Positions 28,991 through 39,269 are shown, counted from the stretch's first letter. The stretch: DNA of 64,000 bases from an uncultured Gemmatimonadales bacterium (GCA_963793305.1 CAWBZV010000005.1:448001-512000); one strand, 5' to 3'. The notes: generated by a model from the letters alone, not told the origin. A program made the numbers and translations.

Positions 28991-31900
28991 ATGAGACTAC
29001 GCTTCCGTCTGTCAGTGCTGTCCGCCGTATTGGTCGCGGCGCCACTCGGAGCACAGCGAGGTAGCATCGTCGGGCACGTGACCGACAAGTCGAGTGGCGC
29101 ACCCGTTGCCGCCGCGGAAATCGTCATTGCCGGTACGACTCGCGGCACGGTCGCGGGGTCCGACGGCCGGTATCAAATCCTGAGTCTCCCAGCCGGCGCC
29201 GCCACCGTGCGCGTGCTCCGCATCGGCTTCGAGGCGCAGGTCAAGAACGTGACGATCACTGCCGGCGTGACCGACACGGTGGATTTCGTGCTCACACCGT
29301 CCGTGATCACGCTCGATCAGGTCATCGTGAGCGCGTCCGGTGAGCAACAGCGCCAGCGCGAGACCGGCAACGCCGTGTCGACGATCAGTCCCGACTCGAT
29401 TGCGCAACCCACGGTCGCGGACTTCTCGGATCTCCTCAACTCGCGGGCGCCCGGTGTCTCGATCGTGCAGCAATCGGGCACGACCGGCGGCGCATCTAAA
29501 ATTCGCATTCGCGGCGCGAACAGCGTCTCGTTGAGCAACGATCCGCTGCTCGTCATCGACGGCAACCGCGTCGACAACAGCACGAACTCGGCGTCGAGCA
29601 ACCTGTTCACCGGTGGCCAGACCCCGTCGCGGTTCGATGACCTCAATCCCGACGAGATCGAAGACGTGCAGATCCTGAAAGGCCCCGCGGCCTCGGCGCT
29701 CTACGGCACGGCGGGATCGAACGGCGTCATCCTGGTCACCACGAAGCACGGCGTGCCGGGGCGCACGAAGTGGGACTCACACGCCGAATACGGCTCGGTT
29801 CGGAATGCGACGACCTACCCGCCGAACTTCTACGCCAACGGCATTGCGCTCGACAACAACGGCCAGCCGATCGCCGGCGACACGGTCCAGGGTTGCCAGA
29901 ACTACCAGCACGGCCAGGCGGGCGGCTGCAACATCATCCCGGCGGGCCTTATCGCGTTCAGCCCGATGAACTCCCTCTCGCCGTTCATCGCGGGCTATCG
30001 CGAGAGCTATGGCATCACCGCGGCCGGCGGCAGCAACAACCTCACGTACTTCCTGGGCGCCGACGACTACAACGAGCAAGGCATCTACATCAACAATCGC
30101 GAGCGGAGAACCAACCTCCGTGGCAACTTCGGCGCGCAACTGTCGCCGGTGCTCAACGCATCCGTGAATCTCGGGTATCTGCAGAGCCGGCTCTCGCTCC
30201 CGCAGAACGACAACTCGCTCTATGGCGTCATCGGACTCGCGGTCACGGGCAGCGCGTTCGACGATCCGATCTGCCATGGTTACTTCGCGTGCGTGACGCC
30301 CGCCAAGGCCAACCTGAACGACGCCGAGTCGGACGTTGATCGCTACACCGGCAGCGGGACGATCAACTACCACCCGACCAACTGGTTCAGCGGCGTCGCC
30401 ACCGGCGGCATTGATTACGGTGATCGATTCGACGGCACCTTCACGCCGGCCGGCGTCCTTCCCGGCGCCCAAGGGGCAGGGTTGGGCGCCGCGTCGCCAG
30501 CGCCGTACCAACTCTACACGTATACCGCGAACCTGAGCGCCATCTTCAAGTTCGATCTCGGGCCGTCCATTCACTCGACCACCACGTTCGGGACGCAGTA
30601 CGTCGACGAGGCACGGCGCGGCATTCTGACCTTCGGCGCCGGCATCGTGCCGGGCACGGGGAACCTCGGCGGCGCGACCTCGGAGTTCACCGCCACCGAG
30701 GCGGATACGGACATCGTGACGTTCGGCGGACTCGGCTCTCAGGAGTTCGCGTGGCGCGACAAGATGTTCGTGACCTTGGCGGTCCGTGCCGACGAGTCGA
30801 GCGCGTTCGGCAAACCGAATGACCTCATCTGGTATCCGGACTTCAGTGCCTCGTGGGTCGTCGGCGAGGAGCCGTGGTTCCCGAAGGTGCCTGGTATGAG
30901 CTCGTTGCGCCTGCGCGGCGCGTACGGCGAGTCTGGCCAACGCCCCGCGTTCCTGCAAGCGCAAACGTTCTATACCCCTATCGCGCAGTCTCGCCTCGGC
31001 GTCAACGAAGGCGGCTTGAGCGTCGGCGGCTTCGGCTTCACCAGCCTCAAGCCCGAGATCTCGCGCGAGATCGAAGGCGGATTGGACGCCGGATTCTTCA
31101 AGGACCGCATCAACGTCAGCTTCACGGTCTACAACAAGACCACGAGCGACGCACTGATCCAGGTCCAGGAAGCACCGGACGTTTGCGGCAACAACTTCCC
31201 CCTCATTGAGCAATGCCAGCTGTTCCAGAACCTGGGTGAGGTCAACAACAACGGGTTCGAGCTCGGGGTGAGCGGCGTCGTCGTCGACACGAAGCCATTC
31301 CGGTTCGACATGTCCGTCAACGGATCGGAGAACAACAATAAGCTGCTCAAGCTCGGCCTGCCCGCGCCGATCTTCTTCAACTCGGCGATCGACGGCAACG
31401 TCCAGCAGTTCAGTGAGGGACGCTCGCTCGGCACGTACTTCGCCGTGCCGTACACGTACAAGGACCTGAACCACGACGGTATCCTCGAGCCGAACGAGCT
31501 CACGCTCGGCACCAAACCCGTGTACCTCGGCGGCCCGAACCCCAAGGGTGAGTGGACGCTGGCGCCGGAGTTCACGTTCTTCGGCATCGTCAAGGTGAGC
31601 TCCACGTTCGACCGACGGTACGGCAGCCGGACCCTCAACTTCACCGAGGAGTTCCGCTGCTTCGCGTCATTCCTGTGCAGCGCGCAGTTCAATCCGCACG
31701 CGACGCTGCAAGCGCAGGCTGCCTACTTGGGCGCGCTCGAAGGCACCGACTTCGGCTATATCGAGAACAACGCGTTCTGGAAATGGCGTGAGCTCGCGGT
31801 GACGCTCATGGTCCCAGAACGATTCGTCCGCCGGACCCCGTTCTCGACGCTCAATATCCAGCTCGCCGAACGCAACGTGGCGACGTGGACCCGGTATACC

Positions 31901-32014
31901 GGGTACGATCCGGAGATCAACTTCGCGAGTACGACCCAGAACTTCCAGACAGCGGATTTCTTGACCCAGCCGGCCGTCCGGTATCTCACCATGCGCGTGA
32001 ACGTCGGCCTATGA
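28991..32014 (+). CDS. SusC/RagA-family TonB-dependent transporter
   Basis: Signal peptide; IRIRGANSVS, PLLVIDG, DLNPDEIEDVQILKGPAASALYGTAGSNGVILVTTKHG. Confidence 0.92.
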   Translation: MRLRFRLSVLSAVLVAAPLGAQRGSIVGHVTDKSSGAPVAAAEIVIAGTTRGTVAGSDGRYQILSLPAGAATVRVLRIGFEAQVKNVTITAGVTDTVDFVLTPSVITLDQVIVSASGEQQRQRETGNAVSTISPDSIAQPTVADFSDLLNSRAPGVSIVQQSGTTGGASKIRIRGANSVSLSNDPLLVIDGNRVDNSTNSASSNLFTGGQTPSRFDDLNPDEIEDVQILKGPAASALYGTAGSNGVILVTTKHGVPGRTKWDSHAEYGSVRNATTYPPNFYANGIALDNNGQPIAGDTVQGCQNYQHGQAGGCNIIPAGLIAFSPMNSLSPFIAGYRESYGITAAGGSNNLTYFLGADDYNEQGIYINNRERRTNLRGNFGAQLSPVLNASVNLGYLQSRLSLPQNDNSLYGVIGLAVTGSAFDDPICHGYFACVTPAKANLNDAESDVDRYTGSGTINYHPTNWFSGVATGGIDYGDRFDGTFTPAGVLPGAQGAGLGAASPAPYQLYTYTANLSAIFKFDLGPSIHSTTTFGTQYVDEARRGILTFGAGIVPGTGNLGGATSEFTATEADTDIVTFGGLGSQEFAWRDKMFVTLAVRADESSAFGKPNDLIWYPDFSASWVVGEEPWFPKVPGMSSLRLRGAYGESGQRPAFLQAQTFYTPIAQSRLGVNEGGLSVGGFGFTSLKPEISREIEGGLDAGFFKDRINVSFTVYNKTTSDALIQVQEAPDVCGNNFPLIEQCQLFQNLGEVNNNGFELGVSGVVVDTKPFRFDMSVNGSENNNKLLKLGLPAPIFFNSAIDGNVQQFSEGRSLGTYFAVPYTYKDLNHDGILEPNELTLGTKPVYLGGPNPKGEWTLAPEFTFFGIVKVSSTFDRRYGSRTLNFTEEFRCFASFLCSAQFNPHATLQAQAAYLGALEGTDFGYIENNAFWKWRELAVTLMVPERFVRRTPFSTLNIQLAERNVATWTRYTGYDPEINFASTTQNFQTADFLTQPAVRYLTMRVNVGL

Positions 32015-33375
32015 CAAAATATATCGCTCTCGGTCTCGGCCTCCTCGCGATTGCGGCCTGCAATCCGAACGCGGCCTTGAGGCCAAAAGAGAAGGGTGTC
32101 GTGACGACGATCGGCGCCTCAGCGCTGCCGGGTCTGTACATTGGCGCGCTGAACGATTTCACCATCGCGTGGTCCGGAGCGGGAGACGGAGGGAACGGCT
32201 CACACGAAGGCAACCTTGGCTTGTCGTCGATCTTCACCGATGAGATGACGTTGTTGTACCTGGATGAGTTCACGTTCCGCCGGGCCCTCGATACGGGCCA
32301 GGCCACACCCCAGAACACGCAGCTCGCCGGGATCTTCAACGATCTCTCGGCGTCGCGTCACTCATCGCAGCAGGCCGCGGCGAGCTTCGCCACCATCGCG
32401 CCGCACGACGTTGGCCGGGCAGAAATGCTCAGTATCGAGGGGTACACCTACATCATCTTTGCCGAGATGTGGTGCTCGGGCGTGCCGTTCGGCAGTCTCA
32501 ATGAGACCACCGGCGCACCGGTCTACGGGCAACCGACGACGACCGGCGGCATGGACTCGATCGCGCTGGCGCTGTTCGACACGGCCAGCACCTTGGCCGC
32601 GGCGGACACCACGACGGCGATCCTGGGCGCATATGCCACCAGCACCACCGAGATCCTGGCGCTCTCGGAAGTTGGACGCGCTCGCGTGTTGCTCGATCTC
32701 GGCCAGTTCGCGGCCGCGCAAGCCGCCGCCGACTCGGCCGTGTTGAACGACCCCACGCTCAACTACCAGATGGAGAATTCGCTCAACTCGCCACGCCAAT
32801 ACAATGGCATGTGGCAGTACACCTTTGCCGACGATGCGTGGGGCGTCGTCGATAAAAAGGGCGGCAATGGGCTCGATTTCGAGTCGGCCAACGACCCGCG
32901 CGTCCTCTGGGTCGATGGGCAACAGAACGGCTCGCTCGGCGTGACGCCGTCTGGATTGGACACCATCTACTTCCAGCTCAAGTATCCCACGAAGGAGACC
33001 TCCGCCACCTTGGCCAGTGCCACCGAAGCGACGCTCATCAGCGCCGAGGCCGATTTGAAGGCCGGCAACATTGGGTCGTGGGCCAACAAGCTGAATATGC
33101 TCCGCGCCAACTCGGGGCTCGCGCTGCCCCCGATCACCGCGGACTCGACATCGCTCGCGTCGCAGGACATGCGGGTCGAGGTGCACTTCCGCGAGCGCGC
33201 GTTCTGGCTCTGGCTGACCGGGACTCGCCTCGGCGATCTCCGGCGGCTGATTCACCAGTACGGGCACAATGACTTTCCGGCGAACCCGACTCGTGATATC
33301 CGGTTCTCGATACCGGTCAGCGAGACGAATAACCCGAATTTCAAGGCGTGTCTGGACGTAGGACACGAGCAATAG
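32011..33375 (+). CDS. SusD/RagB-family lipoprotein
   Basis: ATGA overlap with susC-like gene; lipobox IAAC; ERAFWLWLTGTRLGDLRR, IPVSETNNPN. Confidence 0.85.
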   Translation: MTKYIALGLGLLAIAACNPNAALRPKEKGVVTTIGASALPGLYIGALNDFTIAWSGAGDGGNGSHEGNLGLSSIFTDEMTLLYLDEFTFRRALDTGQATPQNTQLAGIFNDLSASRHSSQQAAASFATIAPHDVGRAEMLSIEGYTYIIFAEMWCSGVPFGSLNETTGAPVYGQPTTTGGMDSIALALFDTASTLAAADTTTAILGAYATSTTEILALSEVGRARVLLDLGQFAAAQAAADSAVLNDPTLNYQMENSLNSPRQYNGMWQYTFADDAWGVVDKKGGNGLDFESANDPRVLWVDGQQNGSLGVTPSGLDTIYFQLKYPTKETSATLASATEATLISAEADLKAGNIGSWANKLNMLRANSGLALPPITADSTSLASQDMRVEVHFRERAFWLWLTGTRLGDLRRLIHQYGHNDFPANPTRDIRFSIPVSETNNPNFKACLDVGHEQ

Positions 33376-33446
33376 CCAAGCCTTGCTTCATGGGCGAACT
33401 GACCCAGAAGTCGGATCGAAGCTCGCCACGGTCGCTCGCGTCGCAG

Positions 33447-33995
33447 TCACGGCGCCGCTGAGCGGCCGGGCGAGCGCGCCCGGTCGACCGTTGACGGGCG
33501 CGGTACACGCGCGCGCGCCGCGGGGAAATGGTGGTCTACCGTCTGGCGGACGGTGGCGCAACGGAGCTCGGTCCGAGTGCTCTCGGCGAGGTAGCTCACG
33601 AGTCCTTCGCAGATCGAGGGCCAGCTCCCGCGCATCATCCGACGGGTCGCCGGACACGACGCCAGTCCATCGTGCGTGAGCGTCAGCACCGTTCCCATTC
33701 CGCTGGGCGTCACGACCCACGCGATCGTTGACGCTTGTTCCTCGCGGAGGCGTCGATTGAACTGGAGGATGGCGGTCATGTGGAAGCGGCGGGGTGCCTC
33801 ATACTCCAGGACGCTCCCGGCCATGACGACGTGGCCATCGGGGAGTTGATAGGTGACGCGCGCACCCTCTCTCCAGGTCGACCGCACGGCCAAGTCGTAG
33901 AAATAGCGGCGCGTTTGGTTGGGGTCCGTAATGGACTCCCAGACCGTGGCGGGTCGGGCGGCGAGCGCGAGCGTGTAGATCAGTTGGTCGATCAT
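33447..33995 (-). CDS. SRPBCC/AHSA1-domain protein
   Basis: VWESITDP..RYF..STWREG..GSVLEYEAPRR..VLTLTHDG..W; ATGA-coupled to upstream regulator. Confidence 0.8.
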   Translation of the reverse strand: MIDQLIYTLALAARPATVWESITDPNQTRRYFYDLAVRSTWREGARVTYQLPDGHVVMAGSVLEYEAPRRFHMTAILQFNRRLREEQASTIAWVVTPSGMGTVLTLTHDGLASCPATRRMMRGSWPSICEGLVSYLAESTRTELRCATVRQTVDHHFPAARARVPRPSTVDRARSPGRSAAP

Positions 33996-34759
33996 CCGAG
34001 CGGCTCAGATGGTGAGGGATCCGTGGGTCGGGGAACCATATATCCCGTATCGCGAACGGTCAGTATGTAGCGGGGCGCTTCGATATCCGGCTCGATCTTC
34101 TTCCGGAGGACCGACATGTGCTTGTCGATCGCCCGAGCGCCGATGGCCTTTGTTGCGGTCGCGGAAATGGCGCGGTACAACTCGGCGCGCGTGACGACTT
34201 GCCCCCGAGACCGCATCAACGCGAGGAGGAGCGTGAACTCGACGTGGGACAGTCGCAGGCGAGTCGAGCCGCGCCTCACGACACGCGCGGCGGGGTCGAT
34301 GACGAGGTCGCCCAACAGCTCCTGGCGATCAGCCCCTGGGAGCACGCGCATGTGCGGTCGACGCAGCAATGCGTACGTACGGGCGGCGAGCTCGCGGGGC
34401 GAGCAGTTGAAATCGGCCACCATATCGGCGCCGGCGGCAATGCAGCGCTCTGCGGCCTGGTCATCGCGCGGCGGAATCAGGACGAGGTAGCGAATGGGGA
34501 GCCCTTCATCGCACTGCTGCTGCATGGTCGCCAGCCATTCGGCATTCTGATCCGACCACCGCAGGACGATGGCGGCGGGGGTGTCTTCGCGGGCGCGATC
34601 GAGCGCGTGCAACGCGTCCGGCTGGATCTCGACGCGAAATCCGGCTTGCTCGAGCGCGAGACATTGTTCCGTCATGCGCGGTGCGCCGCGGTCGCCGAGG
34701 ACGATGAGGGCGCCCTGGTGGCGCGGCGCCAGGTGTTGCTCGGAGGGTGGCGGCCTCAC
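33992..34759 (-). CDS. OmpR-family winged-helix regulator with degenerate receiver
   Basis: LSHVEFTLL..VVTRAEL..RAIDKHMSVLRKKIE..YILTVRDTGY; receiver lacks the phospho-Asp and Lys; GTGA overlap. Confidence 0.75.
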   Translation of the reverse strand: MRPPPSEQHLAPRHQGALIVLGDRGAPRMTEQCLALEQAGFRVEIQPDALHALDRAREDTPAAIVLRWSDQNAEWLATMQQQCDEGLPIRYLVLIPPRDDQAAERCIAAGADMVADFNCSPRELAARTYALLRRPHMRVLPGADRQELLGDLVIDPAARVVRRGSTRLRLSHVEFTLLLALMRSRGQVVTRAELYRAISATATKAIGARAIDKHMSVLRKKIEPDIEAPRYILTVRDTGYMVPRPTDPSPSEPLG

Positions 34760-35472
34760 GCCATCATCCGACCGGCGGCCTTGACGTGGGCCGGATCGGC
34801 CCGGAACCCGTAGCCCGTCTTCCGTATCGAAAAGATGTAGTCGCCGCAGTCGGCGCGCCCGAGCTTGCCGCGCAGCGAGCTCACATGGGCATCGACGGTG
34901 CGTGAAGTGGCGCCGGCGGATGCGTCGGTGGCGCGCGAATACTGCCACACCGTGCGCAGGAGCTCGTCGCGCGGGACGGCGCGTCCGCGATTTCGGATCA
35001 ACGCCTGGAGGAGCTCGCATTCCTTCAGCGTAAGCTGCACGGTCTCCGCCCCTCCGCGGATGGACCGGGTCGGCGGATGGAATGCCAACTCGCCGAACTG
35101 CACCCATGAGGGCCCGCGGCGCTCGGGCGGATTGACCCGCCGCAGCATCGCCAGGATATGCGCTTTGATCCCCCGGAAGCTGACGGGCATCGAGAGCCAA
35201 TCGTCGGCGCCGCGCACCAAGGCCCGCAGCATCACCATTTCGTCGCGCGGTGGTGTCGCGACCAGCAGGAGCGGCACACCGGACCGACGACGCAGCGATC
35301 CCACGAGCCCTGGATCGTCCGCGATGATCAGGTCGGGTTCGGTGGGCTCGAGCCGATGCAGTACGTCGAGGGTGTTCGATGCGATTGGGCTCTGATACCC
35401 CTCGGCCTCGAGGTGATTGCAGAGCCACACGGCGTGTTGGCGATCGGACTCGAGAATGAGTAGCTGAGGCAC
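34756..35472 (-). CDS. OmpR-family response regulator, atypical receiver
   Basis: PDLIIADD, GADDWLSMP (K->M), LTLKECELL, SRTVDAHVSSLRGKL, IRKTGY. Confidence 0.8.
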   Translation of the reverse strand: MPQLLILESDRQHAVWLCNHLEAEGYQSPIASNTLDVLHRLEPTEPDLIIADDPGLVGSLRRRSGVPLLLVATPPRDEMVMLRALVRGADDWLSMPVSFRGIKAHILAMLRRVNPPERRGPSWVQFGELAFHPPTRSIRGGAETVQLTLKECELLQALIRNRGRAVPRDELLRTVWQYSRATDASAGATSRTVDAHVSSLRGKLGRADCGDYIFSIRKTGYGFRADPAHVKAAGRMMA

Positions 35473-35541
35473 GGGCAGTGAGCGTCGGCGGCATCGCGCC
35501 GGGTGGGTGATGCCTTCATTCTCCCACTGCCGCGCCTTCAG

Positions 35542-35561
35542 GTCTTGAACGATGTCAACAT
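35542..35561 (-). promoter_or_regulatory. Motif copy 13 (ATGTTG-ACATCGTT-CAAGAC)
   Basis: GAGAAT at 35523-35518, 18 bp downstream; points to response-regulator operon. Confidence 0.85.
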
Positions 35562-35569
35562 ACGGCCGA

Positions 35570-36895
35570 CTAGTCCGCGAGCGCGTAGAGGTTTCCGTCG
35601 GCGCTGCCGACATACAGCACGCCATCGATGACCGTGGGTGACGAGATGATCGCGCCCAGCGAGTATTCTTGCTCGACTATGGCCACCATGTTGTCGTAGA
35701 ATGGCTCGAGGTGGGGGTCGGTGTAGAAATCGATCGTGCCATCCTTGTCGGTGTGCGCCGCCGCGTGCGCTCGGGATGCTTCCGTCGCGAAGACCCAGGC
35801 GGGCTTTGCCGTGGTGAGATCGACGGCGGTCACCGTCCCGTCCCAGTTCCCGACGTACAGCCAGTGGCCGGCCAGCGCTGGTGAGCTGAATGAGAAGAAG
35901 CGCGTGGGGATCTCGAATACGGGCGTTCCACTGGCCGCGTCGAGCGCCCATATGCGGTGCGAGTCACTGGTGGCGAAGTACACTTTGCCGTCACGGACGG
36001 CTGGCGACCCGACGACCCAGGATCCTTTGTTGTCGAAGGACCATTTCTTCTGGCCGGTCTTGGCGTCGAACGCGTAGAGTTGGGCATCGCGGCAACCGAC
36101 GTACACGACGCCATCCATGACCGCGGCGGAGCCCTGGAAACCGATCTGGTTGTGCATCTTGGGATCGTCCCCGGCTTGGTAGCGCCATTGGAGCGCGCCC
36201 GTCTTCGCGTCCAGCGCATAGAAGTACCTATCCCAACTCCCGATGTACACCGTGCCGTTAGCGATCGCTGGCGAGGCATGGACGACGTCGCCCGTCTGGT
36301 ACTTCCACTGGAGGTGCCCGGATTCGGCGTCGAGGGCGTACACGTTTCCGTCGCCGCTTCCGAAGTAGACGGTATGCTCCCAGACCGTCGGCGAGGAGAG
36401 GAAGACGTCGAACGGGTCGGGCATCCGCTCGGTGACCGGGACGGACCCGTGCAGGTGGGTGCCGGCGAAGCGACGCTCGCCTTGGGTCGCGAACTGCCAC
36501 TTGAGTTGCCCCGTGGCGGCCGTGACGGCATAGAGGTTTCCGTCATAGCTCTCGACGTAGACGACTCCGTCCGATACGGCGGCCGACGCGGTGATGCGGG
36601 CGTGTGTGGCAAACCGCCAGCGCTCCTTCCCGTCCGTGATGTTGATGGCGTAGAGGTAGCGGTCTGTGCTGCCGACGTACACGGTGTTGCCGCTTACGGT
36701 AGGCGACGCGATGACACGGCCGTCGGTGTGAAAGCGCCACTTGACGGCGGGCAACCGCGAGAGGCCAGGAGACTGATACACGCCGGTGTGCGCGGGATCG
36801 CCGCGGAACATTGCGGCGTCCTGGGCGCCCGCCGTGGTGGCGAGCGTCAGGCTCACGAGCATGGCGATGAGGCTACCGCGGTCCTTGATGATCAT
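35570..36895 (-). CDS. PQQ-like/BamB-type beta-propeller repeat protein
   Basis: AMFRGDPAHTG then repeated SPxVxxGxVYxGSxDxxLYALDAxTGxxxW units. Confidence 0.88.
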   Translation of the reverse strand: MIIKDRGSLIAMLVSLTLATTAGAQDAAMFRGDPAHTGVYQSPGLSRLPAVKWRFHTDGRVIASPTVSGNTVYVGSTDRYLYAINITDGKERWRFATHARITASAAVSDGVVYVESYDGNLYAVTAATGQLKWQFATQGERRFAGTHLHGSVPVTERMPDPFDVFLSSPTVWEHTVYFGSGDGNVYALDAESGHLQWKYQTGDVVHASPAIANGTVYIGSWDRYFYALDAKTGALQWRYQAGDDPKMHNQIGFQGSAAVMDGVVYVGCRDAQLYAFDAKTGQKKWSFDNKGSWVVGSPAVRDGKVYFATSDSHRIWALDAASGTPVFEIPTRFFSFSSPALAGHWLYVGNWDGTVTAVDLTTAKPAWVFATEASRAHAAAHTDKDGTIDFYTDPHLEPFYDNMVAIVEQEYSLGAIISSPTVIDGVLYVGSADGNLYALAD

Positions 36896-38195
36896 GGCTC
36901 GAGGGATTGTCGCTCCGGCGAATCCACTCGTCGACTATCGCGGCGAGCGGGTGGTGGTAGTGCCGCTCGCAGGCGGCGACGAAGTCCTGCTCAGATGCCA
37001 ATCCATAGGCGTGTGTCCGGACGTAGTCGGCCAGCGCGCCATCCATCGCGCGGGTGCCGATCAGCGCCTCCAGTGACACCAGCACCAGCGGTCCTTTTTC
37101 AAAAGTGAGATCGCCGAACATTGTCGCGAAGCCGCCGCTATCGGCGTGGGCCAAGCTCCCCTGATACACTTTGCCACGTGCTTCGTTGACGAGCTGGGCG
37201 AATGCCGAATCGCCGCGGTCGGCGCGAACCCAGCGCCACGCCATGTACTCGGCGAAGCTTTCGTTGAGCCAGATATCGCTCCACCGCGCCACGGTGACCG
37301 AATTTCCGAACCATTGGTGGGCGATCTCGTGGGCGATGATCTGGTCGTTTTCGTGCTTGCCGGTAATGAACGCGGCGCCGAAGCTGGGCAGGGTCTGGTG
37401 CTCGCGAAATGATTTTCGGGCGAATTCGGCGATGCCGTACTTCTCGCGCACGAACGGGTAGGGGCCCAAGATCGATTCCATGAAGGCCATGGCGCGCGGA
37501 ACCACGGTGAAATCGCTGTCGGCGTGCGTGGAGTCTTCCGGGAACACGAAGAACGTGAGCGGCACGGCCGTGCCCGCACGCGAGTGGAAGATGCCTTGGC
37601 GCACCACGTAGTCGGCGGCGGCGATCGAGATGACATCCGAGTAAATGGGGTAGCGCACGGACCAATGGGTGGTGGCGGTGCCATTGTCGTGCTGCACGCG
37701 GGTCACGAGGCGGCCATTGCTGGCGACTTGCAGCGCGCCGGGGGCGGTGACTTGGATGTCCGCCGAGTCGGCCTTCTCGGAGGGGTCATCCAGCGTCGGC
37801 CACCATTCGCGGGCGGAATTCGGGAGACCGTAAGACGCGATGCGGATGATCCCGGCGTGGTCCGTGAAGGCCAGCGCACGGCCCGAGGGTGTGCCGTGAT
37901 ACCAAATATGGATGGCGCCCTGTGCGGGTGCCGGGATATGCAAGGCGCCGGTGGTGCGTTGAAAGGTGCGGGTACTGACGCTGTCCACCGTCATGGAGTC
38001 GGACAGATCCAGCACCAGATCGCCGGGCGCGCCCGCCGTTGGCGTGATGAAGAGCTGTGCCTCACCGCGAATCGAATGCGTCTCGGGCAGGAGCGTGACG
38101 TGGAGATCGACGTAGCGGAGCCGCCACGCCGGAGGTGCGTGGTGGAAGACCGTCGCGGCACAGACGGCCGCGAGCGCGATGCGGAGGACAGGCAT
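36873..38195 (-). CDS. M1-family aminopeptidase
   Basis: HEIAHQWFGNSVT..WLNESFAEY zinc motif; GxMEN motif divergent (SFREHQT). Confidence 0.85.
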   Translation of the reverse strand: MPVLRIALAAVCAATVFHHAPPAWRLRYVDLHVTLLPETHSIRGEAQLFITPTAGAPGDLVLDLSDSMTVDSVSTRTFQRTTGALHIPAPAQGAIHIWYHGTPSGRALAFTDHAGIIRIASYGLPNSAREWWPTLDDPSEKADSADIQVTAPGALQVASNGRLVTRVQHDNGTATTHWSVRYPIYSDVISIAAADYVVRQGIFHSRAGTAVPLTFFVFPEDSTHADSDFTVVPRAMAFMESILGPYPFVREKYGIAEFARKSFREHQTLPSFGAAFITGKHENDQIIAHEIAHQWFGNSVTVARWSDIWLNESFAEYMAWRWVRADRGDSAFAQLVNEARGKVYQGSLAHADSGGFATMFGDLTFEKGPLVLVSLEALIGTRAMDGALADYVRTHAYGLASEQDFVAACERHYHHPLAAIVDEWIRRSDNPSSHDHQGPR

Positions 38196-38227
38196 GTCTT
38201 CGCAAGGTGAGTCGGTCGAACAGGGGG

Positions 38228-38247
38228 GTCTTGAACGATCGCAACGT
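38228..38247 (-). promoter_or_regulatory. Motif copy 14 (ACGTTG-CGATCGTT-CAAGAC)
   Basis: CACCTT -10 at 38209-38204; centre 42.5 bp from ATG 38195. Confidence 0.85.
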
Positions 38248-38259
38248 GAGGTTCAGCCG

Positions 38260-38279
38260 TTGTTGCATCCGTTCAAGAT
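38260..38279 (+). promoter_or_regulatory. Motif copy 15 (TTGTTG-CATCCGTT-CAAGAT)
   Basis: CACGTT at 38298-38303; centre 40.5 bp from ATG 38310. Confidence 0.8.
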
Positions 38280-38309
38280 CGTTCGAACGAGGTGTCGCAC
38301 GTTGGAGCC

Positions 38310-39245
38310 ATGGTCAATGTAAGCCTGGGTCACGTCGGGATTGCACTGCTGCTCGCGTTCGCCACGTCGGCCTGGGCCCAGACACCGGTCAGGCCAGCCG
38401 CCCGGTGTACGGCCACCGGGGATCTCGAGATTCATGAGCTCACGAGCGCCGTCTTTCACAACACCCGCAAGCTTCGGGTCCTGCTGCCGGCGGGGTATCG
38501 GGATCCGGCGAATGCCTCGCGGCAGTATCCGGTCCTCTATTTGAACGATGGCCAGAATCTGTTTGATGTGTGCACGGCCATCTTTGGCCCGAAAGAATGG
38601 CAGGTCGATGAGAGCGCGATTCGCCTGATTGCGGAGGGTCGAGTCGAGCCACTGATCATCGTGGGCATCGACAACGCGGGTCGGCACGAGCAGGCGCGAT
38701 TGCAAGAGGAGAAACGCGTGGGGTCGCGGCCCAACGAGTATTTGCCGTGGCCCGATAGCGGCTTGGAGCCCTTTATACCGGTTGTCCATGGCAAGGACTA
38801 TCCTCGGTTTCTGACGGGTGAAGTCATGCCGTTCGTCGAGCGCCACTATCGCGTGAAGACGGGGCCGGCCAGCACTGGGCTCGGCGGTTCATCTTACGGC
38901 GCGTTGATCACACTCTACGTCATCGAGCACACGCCCGGCGTGTTCGGCCACGTGCTCATCGAGAGCCCGTCGGTGTACGTTGACGATTACCACGTTCTGC
39001 AGGAGGCTGCAGACGACCACGACTGGCCGGCGCGGCTCTACTTCGGCGCGGGAACCGAGGAGACGCCAAGCGATTCTCCGCTCCAACTGCCGGCCGATAT
39101 CAAGAAGGTCGTCGAGCTCCTCGAACGGAACGGCGTGAACCAGGACCGGATTCTCGTGAATATCACGGCCGGTGAGCACAACGAGGACGCGTGGGCCAGG
39201 CGCTTTCCAACGGCGCTGACTTTTCTGTTCCCGCGCCAGCACTAG
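38310..39245 (+). CDS. Secreted alpha/beta-hydrolase (esterase family)
   Basis: YPVLYLNDGQNLFD, GGSSYG, EHNEDAWARRF. Confidence 0.88.
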   Translation: MVNVSLGHVGIALLLAFATSAWAQTPVRPAARCTATGDLEIHELTSAVFHNTRKLRVLLPAGYRDPANASRQYPVLYLNDGQNLFDVCTAIFGPKEWQVDESAIRLIAEGRVEPLIIVGIDNAGRHEQARLQEEKRVGSRPNEYLPWPDSGLEPFIPVVHGKDYPRFLTGEVMPFVERHYRVKTGPASTGLGGSSYGALITLYVIEHTPGVFGHVLIESPSVYVDDYHVLQEAADDHDWPARLYFGAGTEETPSDSPLQLPADIKKVVELLERNGVNQDRILVNITAGEHNEDAWARRFPTALTFLFPRQH

Positions 39246-39269
39246 CCGGGTGGGTGCGGGTGGGCGCCG

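Noticed and set aside
33992..35494. 500-aa ORF as a single regulator
   Set aside because: Its N-terminal half is an alternative frame of the upstream regulator; a coupled GTG start at 34759 fits better.
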